Below are positions 13,810-29,402 of a stretch of 64,000 nucleotides of DNA, piece by piece (positions within the stretch are counted from its first letter, which is position 1; each line of letters starts with the position of its first letter). The stretch comes from Eledone cirrhosa (taxonomy: Eukaryota). The translations under genes and the position numbers were made by a program. Where the stretch lies: contig OZ024754.1 of assembly GCA_964016885.1 (NCBI GenBank), positions 42,842,001-42,906,000 on the forward strand, in the 5' to 3' direction. The notes beneath the pieces were generated by a model. The model did not search any database. It was not told the origin of the DNA and was given only the letters and a program-made list of their open reading frames with translations.

Positions 13810-14911
13810 AAGAATGGGCTTCTAAAAGTTCGTGGAAAAAGTACATAGCTAAAAACCCTATGCAAGGATTTTGATCTCAATGCTCCTGTACTTTCTCCTA
13901 CTAACATGTCATAACATGTTCTAACATGAACCCTTAAATACATGTTGCAACACAGCCCCCGCTCGAGCAACATGGCCGCCATCAAAACATCAAATTCATG
14001 GTGAAGCTAGGGTGGAAGAGCAGGCAAGTCGTTGATGGTCTGGAGCAAGTTTATGGGGACAATGCCCCACATATGGGGACACTGCCTCACATGGGGACAA
14101 TGCCCCACATATGGGGACACTGCCTCACAAGGGGACAATGCCCCACATATGGGGACACTGCTTCACATGGGGACAATGCCCCACATATGGGGAAACTGCC
14201 TCACATGGGGACAATGCCCCACATATGGCGACACTGCTTCACATGGGGACAATGCCCCACATATGGGGACACTGCTTCACAAGGGGACAATTCCCCACAT
14301 ATGGGGACACTGCCCCACAAGGGGACAATGCCCCACATATGGGGACACTGCCTCACAAGGGGACAATGCCCCACATATGGGGACACTGCTTCACAAGGGG
14401 ACAATACCCCACATATGGGGACACTGCCTCACAAGGGGACAATGCCCCACATATGGGGACACTGCTTCACAAGGGGACAATGCCCCACATATGGGGACAC
14501 TGCTTCACAAGGGGACAATGCCCCACATATGGGGACACTGCCTCACAAGGGGACAATGCCCCACATATGGGGACACTGCCTCACATGGGGACAATACCCC
14601 ACATATGGGGACACTGCCCCACAAGGGGACAATGCCCCACAGACATCAACAACCTACAAATGGATAAGTCTTTTTAGAAGTGGAAGAGATGAGACTGAAG
14701 ATGATCCCCAGTTGAAGATGTAAAAAAAAGCTGCTTTGACATGGTTTAAATCACATGGCCCCCAGTGTTACACAGATGGACTTAAAAGCTGGTATCAACG
14801 CCTGCAGAAATGTATTGGCCTAGCTGGAGCATATGCTGAAAAATAAACATCATAACTTTAACCGTTTTTTCCAATTGCCCTTTTTCCAGGAACGTTTTGA
14901 AGGCCCCTCGT
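13810..14911 (+). mobile_element. Internally deleted mariner transposon relic
   Basis: Imperfect TIRs of about 30 bp in TA context. N-terminal VKLGWKSRQVVDGLEQVYGDNAP…YKWISLFRSGRDETEDDP is joined to C-terminal WYQRLQKCIGLAGAYAEK*. The DDD core is missing. Confidence 0.85.
14054..14640. repeat. 38-bp (2x19) minisatellite, about 15 copies, inside the mariner HTH region
   Basis: Unit GGGGACAATGCCCCACATATGGGGACACTGCCTCACAA derives from the YGDNAP codons. Confidence 0.95.
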
Positions 14912-14945
<34 letters not shown>

Positions 14946-15070
14946 TATATAAACATAATATATAATATATACATATATATATAAACATAATATATAATAT
15001 ATACATATATATATAAACATAATATATATATATATATATATATAAAAATATATATATATATACATACATA

Positions 15071-15115
<45 letters not shown>

Positions 15116-15142
15116 TCATATATATATATATATAGAAGAAGG

Positions 15143-15181
<39 letters not shown>

Positions 15182-15201
15182 TATATATACATATAGAAGA
15201 A

Positions 15202-15246
<45 letters not shown>

Positions 15247-15249
15247 TAA

Positions 15250-15284
<35 letters not shown>

Positions 15285-15299
15285 TAAATATATATATAT

Positions 15300-15364
<65 letters not shown>

Positions 15365-15907
15365 TATATCCGTCATCTTCCAGCAAGGGTAATATGCCTA
15401 GGCTATGCTAGGTACATACATACAAACGCACACAAACATACATACAAACATAAATACAAACATACATACAAACATACATACAAACACACACAAACATAAA
15501 TACAAACATACATACATACGAACATACATACATACAAACACACATACAAACATACATACATACAAACATACATACATAACAATTTACCTGAGTTTGCGAC
15601 GAGAAGTCGAGACGGTAAGACAGAAGAAAATAAACAATAAACGATGACAAACAACTAGAAAAACACATAAAGAAGAAAGAGAAAACCTTTACACAAGTGG
15701 AGAAGAAAATATATACAAAAATAGCCACTGTTAGCATATTTTAAATGTCCTCCTGCAATTTCGTGTTGCAATATTTAAATAAAGTCACACGATCCCTAGC
15801 ATTAGCCAACTGTCATGTTTTAACTTTTAAATACAAGTGATGCCAGAATACACGTCTGTCAAACTGGCGGCGCCTTAATTTCGCAATATATATATGTATC
15901 TATGTAT

Positions 15908-15939
<32 letters not shown>

Positions 15940-16094
15940 AATATATGTATATATATGTATGTATGTATATAGGTATATATATATATATGTATGTATATAT
16001 GTATATATATATATGTATATATATGTATGTATATAGATATATATGTATGTATATATACATATATGTATATATATATATATATAAACATACATCC

Positions 16095-16126
<32 letters not shown>

Positions 16127-16178
16127 GTATATATATATGTATATATATATGTATATATATATGTATATAAACATACAT

Positions 16179-16242
<64 letters not shown>

Positions 16243-16298
16243 TTATATATTTGTGCTTGTCTTAGTATATATATATATATATACTAACACAAGCACAA

Positions 16299-16360
<62 letters not shown>

Positions 16361-16451
16361 ATGTATGTTTATATACATATATATATGGATGTATGTTTTT
16401 ATATATATATATATACATATATATACATTTATATATTTGTGCTTGTGTTAG

Positions 16452-16504
<53 letters not shown>

Positions 16505-16558
16505 TTGTGCTTGTGTTTGTATATATATATATATACTAACACAAGCACAAATATATAA

Positions 16559-16698
<140 letters not shown>

Positions 16699-17009
16699 AT
16701 GTTTGTTTATATACATATATATATGGATGTATGTTTATATATATATATATACATGCATGTATGAATGTGTGTGTGAAAAATAAGCAAGTAGGAGAACAAC
16801 CAGTAGAATGTTGATATATATTAGTTTAACGCTTGATATGGTAGGAAAAGTTTTAACGTTTATACATATCTATTTGTCTATCTATCGTGTGTGTGTGTAT
16901 ATATACACAGAAGAAGAAGAAAAAGAAGAAGAAGAAGAAGAAGAAGAAGAAGAAGAAGAAGAAGAAGAAGAAGAAGAAGAAGAAGAAGAAGAAGAAGAAG
17001 AAGAAGAAG

Positions 17010-17040
<31 letters not shown>

Positions 17041-17060
17041 GTTAATATTATTGTTAGACA

Positions 17061-17132
<72 letters not shown>

Positions 17133-17451
17133 CGTGTCTATTATTAAACTTAATCACAATTACTTATACTAACAATAATATTAACACTTCTTCTTCTTCT
17201 TTTTCTTCTTCTTCTTCTTCTTCGCCATCGATGTTGCTGAAATTATCCGACGTAGATTGACCACCGATAACGTGTTAATTTCAAATGACTGTAATTCCTG
17301 TAACCCCCCCCCCCTCACCCCACTGGAGTCCATTTTGTTGACTGAGTCACATAAAACAACAACTAGGAATTGTTAAAAGATGAAGATGGAAGGTTAATTC
17401 AAGATTGCTCAAGATAAACTGAACGGCTTTTCTTAATCTGCTCATGATAAT

Positions 17452-17507
<56 letters not shown>

Positions 17508-17544
17508 AAGCATATATATATATATATATACATGCATATATATT

Positions 17545-17591
<47 letters not shown>

Positions 17592-17632
17592 TTATATACA
17601 TATATATATATACATACATACACATTTATATA

Positions 17633-17673
<41 letters not shown>

Positions 17674-18030
17674 GCTGACGCATGCATCCGCTATTCTATT
17701 TAATTTCATCTTTAAGTTTTCCTATTATTTTTTCAGTTAGTTAAAATACCAAAATATTCTTTTGAAAATCTCCGATAACAAAGATTCCATCTTTAATCAC
17801 TATTACCATCTCTCTTTAATGTCTCTCTAAACTTTCTATATTTTATATTTTATTTTAATATCTAGAAAGCTATTATTTTTTTATCAATAGACATTTAATT
17901 TTCAATTCCACTCCACTAGTTTTTAATATATAATTGCTTGATATAAAAGATTTTGCACATTTTTTATATATTTACACGAGAATCTCTCTCTCTCTCTCTC
18001 TGTGTCTCTCTGTCTCTCTGTGTCTCTCTG

Positions 18031-18089
<59 letters not shown>

Positions 18090-18145
18090 ATGTATAAATA
18101 TATGAAGAATTTATATATATATGAAGAATTTATATATATATGAAG

Positions 18146-18177
<32 letters not shown>

Positions 18178-18247
18178 GTATATATGTATGAAGTATATAT
18201 ATATATATATAGAAAGTATATATATATGAAGTATATATATCTACATA

Positions 18248-18385
<138 letters not shown>

Positions 18386-18674
18386 TATATATATATATAT
18401 ATGAAGTATATATATTCATAAAATGTCGTAAAAGCAAATCCTCTCATTCTCATTAGTTGAAGGTCATGACCTTTCTTTCAAAGATAGGAATTCTCTTCCA
18501 GTTACAACTTCCTTCGTCTGGCGACTAAAACTAGCTGAAACGTCCACCAAGATGGCGGACATACATCGCATCAACGCACTAATGTAAACCTGTACTACAC
18601 ACACACACACATATATATGCATATATATATATAGACACACACATATACACATATATCTACATATATATATATGA

Positions 18675-18724
<50 letters not shown>

Positions 18725-18989
18725 TCTATGCATATATAGACATATAACAAATATTTATACATTCATAAACATACACACGCACACATATGTATATATGGTA
18801 TATTTGGGAAGGGTCATATATATATATATATATGTGTGCGTGCGTGTGTGTGTATATTCATTTATATATATATACACATATATATGTGTGTGTGTGTGTG
18901 TATTTATATGTAAATATATATATATATGTTTGTGTATATATTTATATGTGTAGATGTGTGTGTCTATTTTTATATATATTTATATGTGC

Positions 18990-19142
<153 letters not shown>

Positions 19143-19259
19143 TGCATTGGTGTCCATTATTTGAGAAATTTGAACGATAAGAAAATCCTGAAAATCTTTA
19201 CAATGTTTCAACGCTAAATGAAATAACTTTGATTTGATGAAAACCAAATTAAAATGCGT

Positions 19260-19540
19260 TATCAAAATCTCTATCGATATATCGATAAGATATCGTGATC
19301 ATCTCATCCTCGTTTATTTCTTTCTCATTTTAATATTTATTTATTTATTTATTTATTATATATTAAGTTGTAACATAAATTCCCGCCGTTGTTATAATTT
19401 ATTTAATAAAAAAAAAACGGCGGGAATCTATGTTACAACCTAATATTTATTATTTAAAAACACAAAAGGCAATAATGTTTACTTTTTCTTTATCGATCCA
19501 GTTAGTTTGTAAAATGTCGTTGCCGGCGTTCTCGTCTGTT
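19260..19540. promoter_or_regulatory. Promoter-like island with tandem DRE motifs and an inverted pair of E2F-like sites
   Basis: TATCGATA at 19272 and 19280. ATTCCCGCCGTT(19379)…AACGGCGGGAAT(19427). Confidence 0.45.
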
Positions 19541-19644
19541 ATCTTCGAAATCTCTTTCAAATATAAACGACTCCTTTTAAAATGTGAAATGTTCGCAAAT
19601 CACATTTTAATGACTGTGAAAACGGTTGTTTGACAAAGTCGTTG

Positions 19645-19822
19645 GTGCTCGGCGATATTTATCCGGTTTTACACACTCTGAGCTCAATTCCTGCCGAGGT
19701 CAACTTAGCCTTTCATCCTTGCGGGGTTGACAAAATAATCTACCAGTTAACTACTAGGGTCTATATAAATTTCCCTTTCCTCTAAATAAATTACCGAACT
19801 TCTGCCAAATTTTAAAAGAATT
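19645..19822 (+). mobile_element. Diverged tRNA-derived SINE
   Basis: CTGAGCTCAATTCCTGCCGAGGTCAACTTAGCCTTTCATCCTTGCGGGGTTGACAAA matches the family body. Confidence 0.7.
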
Positions 19823-19842
19823 AATATATATATATATAAGTA

Positions 19843-19900
<58 letters not shown>

Positions 19901-20409
19901 TACTTATATATATATATTGTCTGGCTTTCTGGAGAATAGAGGAAAGGTGTTTCCTCGAAAACCAGTATGACTCTAAAAACCGGTTTGTCTGTGTGTTTAC
20001 ATACAGAATAGCTGGACACTCACAGTAAAGTGTCCAGTGAAAAACTCGGTACATCTACATATGTACACGTGTGTGTATTCATATGCATACTAGTATTTCA
20101 GTATAATATGTGGATGTACATTTTTAACTTAATATATATATATATAGAGAAATAGAAAAAAAAAATGAAAACGAAAGTACCAAAAATTCTCTAAAAGGAC
20201 ACACAAACACAGACACACACGCACTCACACACTCACTCACTGACACACACACCTACTCGCACTGACATACAAACACACACACACATACAGGCGCGCGCAA
20301 AGGTAGAGTGGAAAAATGAAAATACGGAACGAAACGGTGATCGCGTTCATTGACACGTGAAAAGCCGAGACTTTAATAAATCTTTCTTGCACTGGATGCC
20401 AAACAAAAT

Positions 20410-20896
20410 GGAGTCTATGTGGCGATAGTGGTGGCAATGGTTATAGTGGTGGAGCCGTCGTCAGAGTTGGTGGTGGAGTCTATGTGGCGATGGTGGTGGA
20501 GTCTATGTGGCGATGGTGGTGGAGTCTATGATGCGATGGTGGTGGAGTCTATGAGGCGATGGTGGTGGAGTCTATGATGCGATGGTGGTGGAGTCTATGA
20601 GGCGATGGTGGTGGTGTCTATGAGGCGATGGTGGTGGTGGAGTCTATGAGGCGATGGTGGTGGAGTCTATGTGGCGATGGTGGTGGTGTCTATGAGGCGA
20701 TGGTGGTGGAGTCTATGAGGCGATGGTGGTGGTGTCTATGAGGCGATGGGGGTGGTGTCTATGAGGCGATGGTGGTGGAGTCTATGAGGCGATGGTGGTG
20801 GAGTCTATGTGGCGATGGTGGTGGAGTCTATGAGGCGATGGTGGTGGAGTCTATGAGGCGATGGTGGTGGAGTCTATGAGGCGATGGTGGTGGAGT
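20410..20896. repeat. 23-bp minisatellite, about 20 copies
   Basis: Tandem unit GATGGTGGTGGAGTCTATGAGGC. Confidence 0.95.
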
Positions 20897-21895
20897 CGTC
20901 GTCTGAGTCTGAGGTATATTTATGCGAGTAATTTTTTCTTCTTACCTACGACAGAAAGAAGACTGACTCAGAACAGTGGGGGGACATATTGCTGACAGGC
21001 AGCGTCTTGGCGATGAACGCACTCACCCGTGACTTGTAAGCCTCTTTTGTTAGAGTACGTATATAAATTATCTCCCTTGGCGTCAACTACGACATTTTAG
21101 TTGAAGGCTCTCGCTTGGGGCTAGTAAATAATAATAAAAAAAAAGACACAGTCAGCCATTTTTTTTTATAGTGCACCCCGAACGTTTTCAAATGATATTT
21201 GATCGAAAATGGCTGTACGGGTACAATGACTGACTGAATGAATGAATGGATAACCGTGCTGGCCCCCTACCGGGGTACTATTGCTTCCCTATTTTAGTCA
21301 CATTTCACGCCTATGACACTTTATGTACGTTTCATTCATCTGCATTATGTACATGTAATGTAATATCAAACTTTGTATTGTTTTTTTTTTGTATCGTCTG
21401 GATTATATTTATTTATATATTTATTTTATTGTTTCCTTTTTTTATTGGTGGGGATCATTGTTTTTAATTTTATTGTTTATTATTTTTTTCGAGTGATTTT
21501 ATCCCCCCCCCTCCTCCTCTCTCTGTGTGGGACTTTCTCGTTGTCTGGTTTTTGTAAGGTTTTGTTTTTCAGTAAGTTCTATTATGTATGCGTATATGTA
21601 TTTGTGATAGATGATAGATGTCTGCGTATATGTGAATATATATATATATGTTTGTGTGTGTGTGTGTGTATATATATATACACACACTTAGATATGTAGC
21701 GTGTATGTATGTATACAAAACGCGTACCTAAGATTGATGGTTTCTGAGCCAGCTAAAACTAATAACACACATACATTCACACACATATATATACACATGT
21801 ACGGTACACATACGTCTCTTATATATACATATATCTGCGTCTGTACTTCTCTCTCTTTCTCTCTCTCTCTATATATATATATTATATATATATAT

Positions 21896-21975
<80 letters not shown>

Positions 21976-22161
21976 TGACCCCTTTTTTTTTACAGCAAGT
22001 TAATACTTTATAAAAATGACTTGAATTATATACGGTTAAACCCCCTAAGGAAAACTACAATAATATTTAGTGGTGTATAATTATATTTGTAAACAAACAT
22101 ACCTATATATACGTATGGGAGACATTTAAAACACTTTTCCTACCCCCCCCCCCTCTCTCTC

Positions 22162-22192
<31 letters not shown>

Positions 22193-22204
22193 ATATATAT
22201 ATAT

Positions 22205-22410
22205 AAGAAATTATAGTGTAACTATTTTCATTGGTAAGATGAGTTAAACTCAATGCACTTTTTTACCCGCATTTCTTCAGGAATGAAGAGTTACAGTAAC
22301 AGAGTATTTATAATTCAAAATTCAATAAGATCGACGATTATTATTATTTATTTATTTATACATCTACGGTCGTTTCAATGCGGATAGGATATTTCATCAG
22401 TTGTGGAGAA
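22205..22410 (-). mobile_element. PLE-like 3' end with degenerate hammerhead (helix III CGACCG)
   Basis: Reverse complement CTGATGA(22400-22394)-aatatcctatccgcatt-GAAA-CGACCG-TA^GATGT, then AATAAA. Stem I is poorly paired. Confidence 0.6.
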
Positions 22411-22784
22411 AAAACATATATTATTAGTTAAGTAACTCCATTATAGATGCTCTAGTTAAAACCGTATCTCTTCAGGAAATATAATAAAAAATAACAATAA
22501 ATTGATTAATATCATAAAACAAATTATCAAGAATAATTCAAAGTATTTTGAGCATTCAAAATGGTGGACAACCATAAATACACAAGTATAAGCTTGTGTG
22601 TATATTTTTAGACAGGCAAAATATAGAATTATCAGTGTTTTTCACAAATATGTTAAAATACGTTAAAGCTGTTAATTGGTTATAACAGGTGTAGTTATAA
22701 TTGGTTATAAGGATGTTTTTATGAGATAAAATTGCAGTAATAAATATTGTTTTTGCGAATATTAAAAAGGAAGGTAGTGTAATG

Positions 22785-23458
22785 ATAAGAAAGTGAGTGA
22801 TATGTGGTTAAAAAGGGAGTGAGTATAAGGATAAGAAAGTGAGTGATGTGTGATTAGAAAGGGAGTGAGTATAAGGATAAGAAAGTGAGTGATGTGTGAT
22901 TAGAAAGAAAGTGGGAATAAGGATAAGAATGTGAGTGATGTGTGATTAGAAAGGGAGTGAGTATAAGGATAAGAAAGTGAGTGATGTGTGATTAGAAAAT
23001 AAGTTAGAATAAGGACAAGAAAGTGAGTGATATGTGATTAGAAAGGGAGTTAGAATAAGGATAAGAAAGTGAGTGATATGTGATTAGAAAGGGAGTTAGA
23101 ATAAGGATAAGAAAGTGAGTGATATGTGATTAGAAAGGGAGTTAGAATAAGGATAAGAAAGTGAGTGATATGTGATTAGAAAGGGAGTTAGAATAAGGAT
23201 AAGAAAGTGAGTGATATGTGATTAGAAAGGGAGTTAGAATAAGGATAAGAAAGTGAGTGATATGTGATTAGAAAGGGAGTTAGAATAAGGATAAGAAAGT
23301 GAGTGATATGTGATTAGAAAGGGAGTGAGAATAAGGATAAGAAAGTGAGTGATATGTGATTAGAAAGGGAGTTAGAATAAGGACAAGAAAGTGAGTGATA
23401 TGCGATTAGAAAGAAAGTGGGAATATGGACAAGGAAGTGAGTGATATCTGATTAGAAA
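22785..23458. repeat. 46-bp minisatellite, about 14 copies
   Basis: Unit AAGGATAAGAAAGTGAGTGATATGTGATTAGAAAGGGAGTTAGAAT. Confidence 0.95.
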
Positions 23459-23606
23459 AATTGCCTAACCTGACCAAATGATGAGATGATGAGCGGCAGT
23501 ATGGATAAGAATGGATAGAGTAATAGAGAGAGGAAGATATGGAATGGTGGTGTGAGGAGGTGTCTCGTGATTGATTTAGACAGAAATGTCTGAGCATACA
23601 ATATAG

Positions 23607-23703
<97 letters not shown>

Positions 23704-23723
23704 AGATGTATATATATATATAT

Positions 23724-24157
23724 AGTGAAATAAGATAACAAGGACGATTGGTTACTCCTTCAATACGTTTATTGGTTGGTGACGCGCGTTTCGCCACTGA
23801 TCAGCTCAAGGTTCGATCTGTATCGATCTGACCCGACTCTGCAATCGTCAGACCCCTTGTAATATTAATGGGAAAATGAATACTTGCATCTACTCATTTT
23901 TCCATTAACATTACAAGGGGTCTGACGAGCCGCGGGTAACAGAGTCGGGTCAGATCGATACCGATCGAACCTTGAGCTGATAGGTGGCGAAACGCGCGTC
24001 ACCAACCAATAAACGTATTGAAGGAGTAACCAATCTTCCTTGTTATCTTATTTCACTATAATACTCTGTCTAGCTCTACACCTCATCACTGAAGTGAACC
24101 TAAACATTGAGTGCTCACCCGGAGGAACCTACAGTAACTCCAAGTTACACTCCCTGG
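23724..24157 (+). mobile_element. PLE-like fold-back insertion (family Q)
   Basis: Inverted arms of about 155 bp (23724-23879 and 23893-24058), TA-flanked. Confidence 0.8.
23919..24003 (+). ncRNA. Minimal type-I hammerhead ribozyme (palindrome CGCGCG, GUC triplet)
   Basis: GGT-CTGACGA(23922)-gccgc…gtggc-GAAA(23989)-CGCGCG-TC^ACC. AATAAA at 24008. Confidence 0.88.
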
Positions 24158-24173
24158 ATATATATATATATAT

Positions 24174-24264
<91 letters not shown>

Positions 24265-24370
24265 CAGACTGCAATAGTTTGAGAATTGATGTTGTACGAG
24301 AACTTTAAAGAGATTCGGAGATGTATGTATGTGTGTATATGAGTGTGTGTTTGAGCGTGTACTTATGTAG

Positions 24371-24421
<51 letters not shown>

Positions 24422-24768
24422 GTGTGTGTGTGTGGTGTGTGTGTGTGCACGCATGTACATGCTTGTGTGCGTGTGTGTGTGTGTACCCGCACGTACATAC
24501 GTGTATGTGTGTGTGTATGTTTAGGTGTTGATGGGAGAGGGTGAGTGGTCAGAGAAAATGTCTGAAGCAGACGATCAGATAAAGAGGCGGACCTGGCAGA
24601 GGAAAATTGGAAGGAGAAGGAGAGAATAGAGTAAAGTATATAAAGGAGAGAGAGAGAGAGAGAGAGAGGCGGAGAAGGATAGAGTAGGCTATATAAAAGA
24701 GAGAGAGAGAGAGAGCCGAAGGGAGATAGACTAAGCTATATAAGAGAGAGAGAGAGAGACTAAGTTAT

Positions 24769-24802
<34 letters not shown>

Positions 24803-24809
24803 AAGCTAT

Positions 24810-24901
<92 letters not shown>

Positions 24902-25205
24902 AAGGTGTATAAGAGAGAGAGAGAGAGAGACAGAGGGACGGAGGAGGATAGACTTAGGTATATAAAGGAGAGAGGCGGAGGGAGATAGAGCAAGCTATAT
25001 AAGGTAGAGAGAAAGAGAGAGGGTGGCGGTGGGGGAGGGTTGTTTTGGCGGCCATAATCGTAAAAAGATTGATGAACAAGTGAGATTTAGATTAAGATTT
25101 AGATTAATTTGATGTTGAGAGCAATTAATAGACTGGTGTGGATTTGTGTCAAACGACTGTTGGTTTAATTGAATCAAATCTGTATATATGTGTATATATA
25201 TATTG

Positions 25206-25322
<117 letters not shown>

Positions 25323-25406
25323 GTACATATGTATATGTATATATATATATATTATATATATATTTATATATATATACACGCACACATATATATATATATA
25401 TATACA

Positions 25407-25458
<52 letters not shown>

Positions 25459-25586
25459 TGTATATATATATTTATATATATATATAGATATATATTTATA
25501 TATATATTTATATATATATTTATATATATATATACACGCACGCACACACACATATATATATATATATACAATATATACACACACAG

Positions 25587-25669
<83 letters not shown>

Positions 25670-25768
25670 ATATATATATATATATACAGTGAGCTGGAAG
25701 AGTTGGTAGGGCGCCCAAGAAAATGTTTAGCGTTAGTTGTTCCAGTCTCTGTGTTCTCGCTGGGATCA

Positions 25769-25851
<83 letters not shown>

Positions 25852-25949
25852 CGATACATCAAGCCCTTCCCCAAAGAAATAGAGATACACCAACCCCCTA
25901 CACACACAGATAGAAAGATACATCACCCCCCTCCCCACGACAGAAAGAT

Positions 25950-26236
25950 ACATCACCACCACCACCACCACCATCACAACCTCGACCACCACCACCACCA
26001 CGACCACCACGACGACGACGACCACCACCACCACCACGGCCACGACCACGACCACGACCAGAACCTCGACCACCACCACCACCACCACCACCACGACGAC
26101 GACGACGACGACCACCACCACCACGACCACGACCAGAACCTCGACCACCACCACGACCACCACCACGACCACCACCACCACCACGACCAGAACCTCGACC
26201 ACCACCACCACGACCACCACGACGACGACCACCACC

Positions 26237-26283
<47 letters not shown>

Positions 26284-26454
26284 CACCACCACCACCACCA
26301 CCACGACCACCACCACCACCACCACCACCACCACCACGACCACCACCACGACCACCACCACCACCACCACCACGACGACCACCACCACCACCACCACCAC
26401 CACCACGACCACCACCACCACCACCACGACCACCACCACCACCACCACCACCAC
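25950..26454. repeat. (ACC/ACG)n triplet microsatellite
   Basis: Direct inspection. Confidence 0.95.
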
Positions 26455-26544
26455 AGAGATAGATTTACAATTGAAGTACGTGAATATTAAACTAAGCTAT
26501 TGCCTGCTCTTCACTTCCTATTTCACTCCAAATAATATCTAAGA

Positions 26545-26601
26545 CTGCCCCAGCATGGCCTCAGCCGGATGGCTGAAACAGGTAAAAGAGTAAAAGAGTA
26601 A
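26545..26601 (+). mobile_element. SINE 3' tail fragment (second copy at 28441-28492)
   Basis: GCCCCAGCATGGCCTCAGCCGGATGGCTGAAACAGGTAAAAGAGT occurs twice in the window. Confidence 0.6.
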
Positions 26602-27134
26602 GACTAAGTCATTCATTTAAGACAAATCACTTGAAACTAATTGTTACACTTGGTTATCTCCCTTTTCTTCTTTCCAAATATGAGGAACTCGTCCTATGGT
26701 GAATTAAAACAGAGAAATATACAACAATATACACAAGAAGAAGAAGAAGAAGAAGAAGAAGAAGAAGGCAAAGAAGAAGAAGAAGAAGAAGAAGAAGAAG
26801 AAGAAGAAGAAGAAGAAGAAGAAGAAGAAGAAGAAGAAGAAGAAGAAGAAGAAGAAGAAGAAAGTATTCGAGGCACTTGTATTGTTAATCGGAAGGATTC
26901 AGATACGAATCTCCTTTCACGCAGCTAGCTTCCTCTTTCTTACATGGCGGCCATTTCTTGTTAAAATGACAATCGAGTCCTTTTGGTCGGAGATAACGAT
27001 GTCAGAAAGATGAAATATGGAGGAAAATTGGAAGAAACGTCAGAGTAAATTCTTCGCAGGAATCTAATTTATTACCAATCGTCGATAAAAACGGCTCCGA
27101 AATACAAGGAGACATTATCATAAAATGTTATTTA

Positions 27135-27320
27135 TTTTCTTACATTTTTGTTTTATTGTATAATTTGTTTTTGTTGTGTTGCTTTATTGTTTTATTTCTT
27201 TACATTTTTGTTTTATTGTATAATTTGTTTTTGTTGTATTGTTTTATTGTTTTATTTCTTTACATTTTTGTTTTATTGTATAATTTGTTTTTGTTGTATT
27301 GTTTTATTGTTTTATTTCTA
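27135..27320. repeat. 60-bp T-rich tandem repeat, 3 copies
   Basis: TACATTTTTGTTTTATTGTATAATTTG… recurs at 60-nt spacing. Confidence 0.9.
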
Positions 27321-28317
27321 TATTTTTAGTCTTTATTTTGTTGCTTTTTTTGTTTGGTATTTTTATTTATTTATTTTATTTTGTTATTTTATTTTATTTT
27401 ATTTTATATTTCTTTTTTTTAATATTTTTATGTTATGTTAAGGTTATGTTATTGTTAATTTATGTTTCGGACCTAATTTGTTACCAATATAACAACAGCC
27501 TTCTAAACACCGCGCCACCAAACATACATCTAATCAGCCAGGCAGCTAGCCTACCAGCAAATCACTACCATCAACGGTAGTAATAATACCACCACCACCA
27601 CCACCATTACCGCCACCACCATCACCAACATCAACATCAACATCACCAGCACTAGCACCAGCACCAGCACCACCACCGCCACCACCATCACCACCATTAC
27701 CGCCACCACCATCACCGACATCAACATCACCAGCACCACCACCACCACCATTACCACCACCACCATTGCCACCACCAACGTCACCACCACTACCACTACC
27801 ACTACCACCAACACCACCATCACCACCATCACCACCACCACCACCACCACCACCACCACTACCACCACTACTACCACCACCACACCACCACTAACAATAA
27901 TATCTCATACATAAATACACACTATAACTCTCTCCTTCACACCAGAACGAACGATCCATTTTCTATTTCATTTGCTTATCATGATTATCCCCCCTTTCTC
28001 CCTCTTTCCCTCACCACTATCTATTTCTCTTATCTTCCACTCATATTAAAATTACTTCTCCTTACAACGTCTAACTCCTCGCGCCATTGCTATATAATTT
28101 TCAATCATTTTTCGCTAACGATATTTCAGTGGCGGCCATTTTATATTCCTTATTTTATCATAGCTATCCGTCTAAACGTCTAAATTACATCTCTATTTTC
28201 ACAAGATTTATTCATTTTTTTCTTTATAAACTCATCTTTTTCTTCATCTTTTCTTCTCTATTTGATTTCTTGATTTCTTCGTTATAGTTAACTTTATTTT
28301 CATTAATTATTTTATAC

Positions 28318-28743
28318 AAGATTTAATATAGAAATGGCTTCTACGGGACTAAAACTGTTTCATTCGAAGGAAGTTATCAGGAAAGGGGTTTCTTATATAC
28401 ACATATATATACATACATACATATATATATATATATGTAAGGTCGGTGCCCCAGCATGGCCTCAGCCGAATGGCTGAAACAGGTAAAAGAGTATATATAT
28501 AAGCAGCGATTCTTTGCTTAAACTTTAATCTGTTATTTTAATAAATATATATATAGGAACGAGTGGGACCCCGACGGCTGAGCTCAAGCCGTTTCGACGG
28601 CTAATTCTGGACTAATTAGCCGTCGAAACGGCTTGAGCTCAACCGTCGGGGTCCCACTCGTTCCTATTACCCACTCTACTACCCTAAGTATTGAGTACTT
28701 TGGTGCGTTATGGTCCACCTGGTTCCTTACCACGTATCTTCCG

Positions 28744-28791
<48 letters not shown>

Positions 28792-28926
28792 CGAAGGAAG
28801 TGTGGTAAGTAACCAGGTGGACCATACTCGATACTGGGTAGTAGAGTGGGTAATAGGAGAAGAGTCAGGACCCCGACAAGTCGAAACGGCCGGAGCTCAG
28901 CCGTTGGGGTCCTGACTCTTTTCCTA

Positions 28927-28927
<1 letters not shown>
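28318..28927. mobile_element. Cluster of TA-targeted fragments: family B (28318-28393), family A fold-backs (28555-28745 and 28790-28927), arm of the 10618 family
   Basis: Sequence identity to other copies in this window. Confidence 0.75.
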
Positions 28928-28979
<52 letters not shown>

Positions 28980-29354
28980 GTTTCCGTAGGAAAGGTAAAT
29001 GAATAAATCTAATAATTCGTTTCAGTATATTTTATATTTCTATAATTATTCAGCTGGTAATCAATGGTAAACCAGCCCAGGTCAAACAGGGAGTGTGTTT
29101 TATTATATATTTCTGGCAATATTATAACAATATGAGCCTCCCCAAATATAACAATATATATATATATATATATATAATATTATATACATCCTTTTCTCTA
29201 TGTAATATATTATAAAATTACACAATATCAGATATATTAATATATTGAATCACCAGAATTTTCACAGCATTGTGTATACAAAAATATATTTAAATAGTAA
29301 AAACTTATGCAAATGAGGAAGGAAGTACCTTATCTAGTGGTCACTACTGGCAGA

Positions 29355-29402
29355 TGAAGTTCCCGCCAATAGTTCGTAATGGGCGGATGGCGGGAAGTGG
29401 TA
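29355..29402. promoter_or_regulatory. Inverted E2F-like site pair with GC-box-like and ATGGCGG motifs
   Basis: TTCCCGCCA(29360)…GGGCGG…TGGCGGGAA(29396). Confidence 0.4.
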
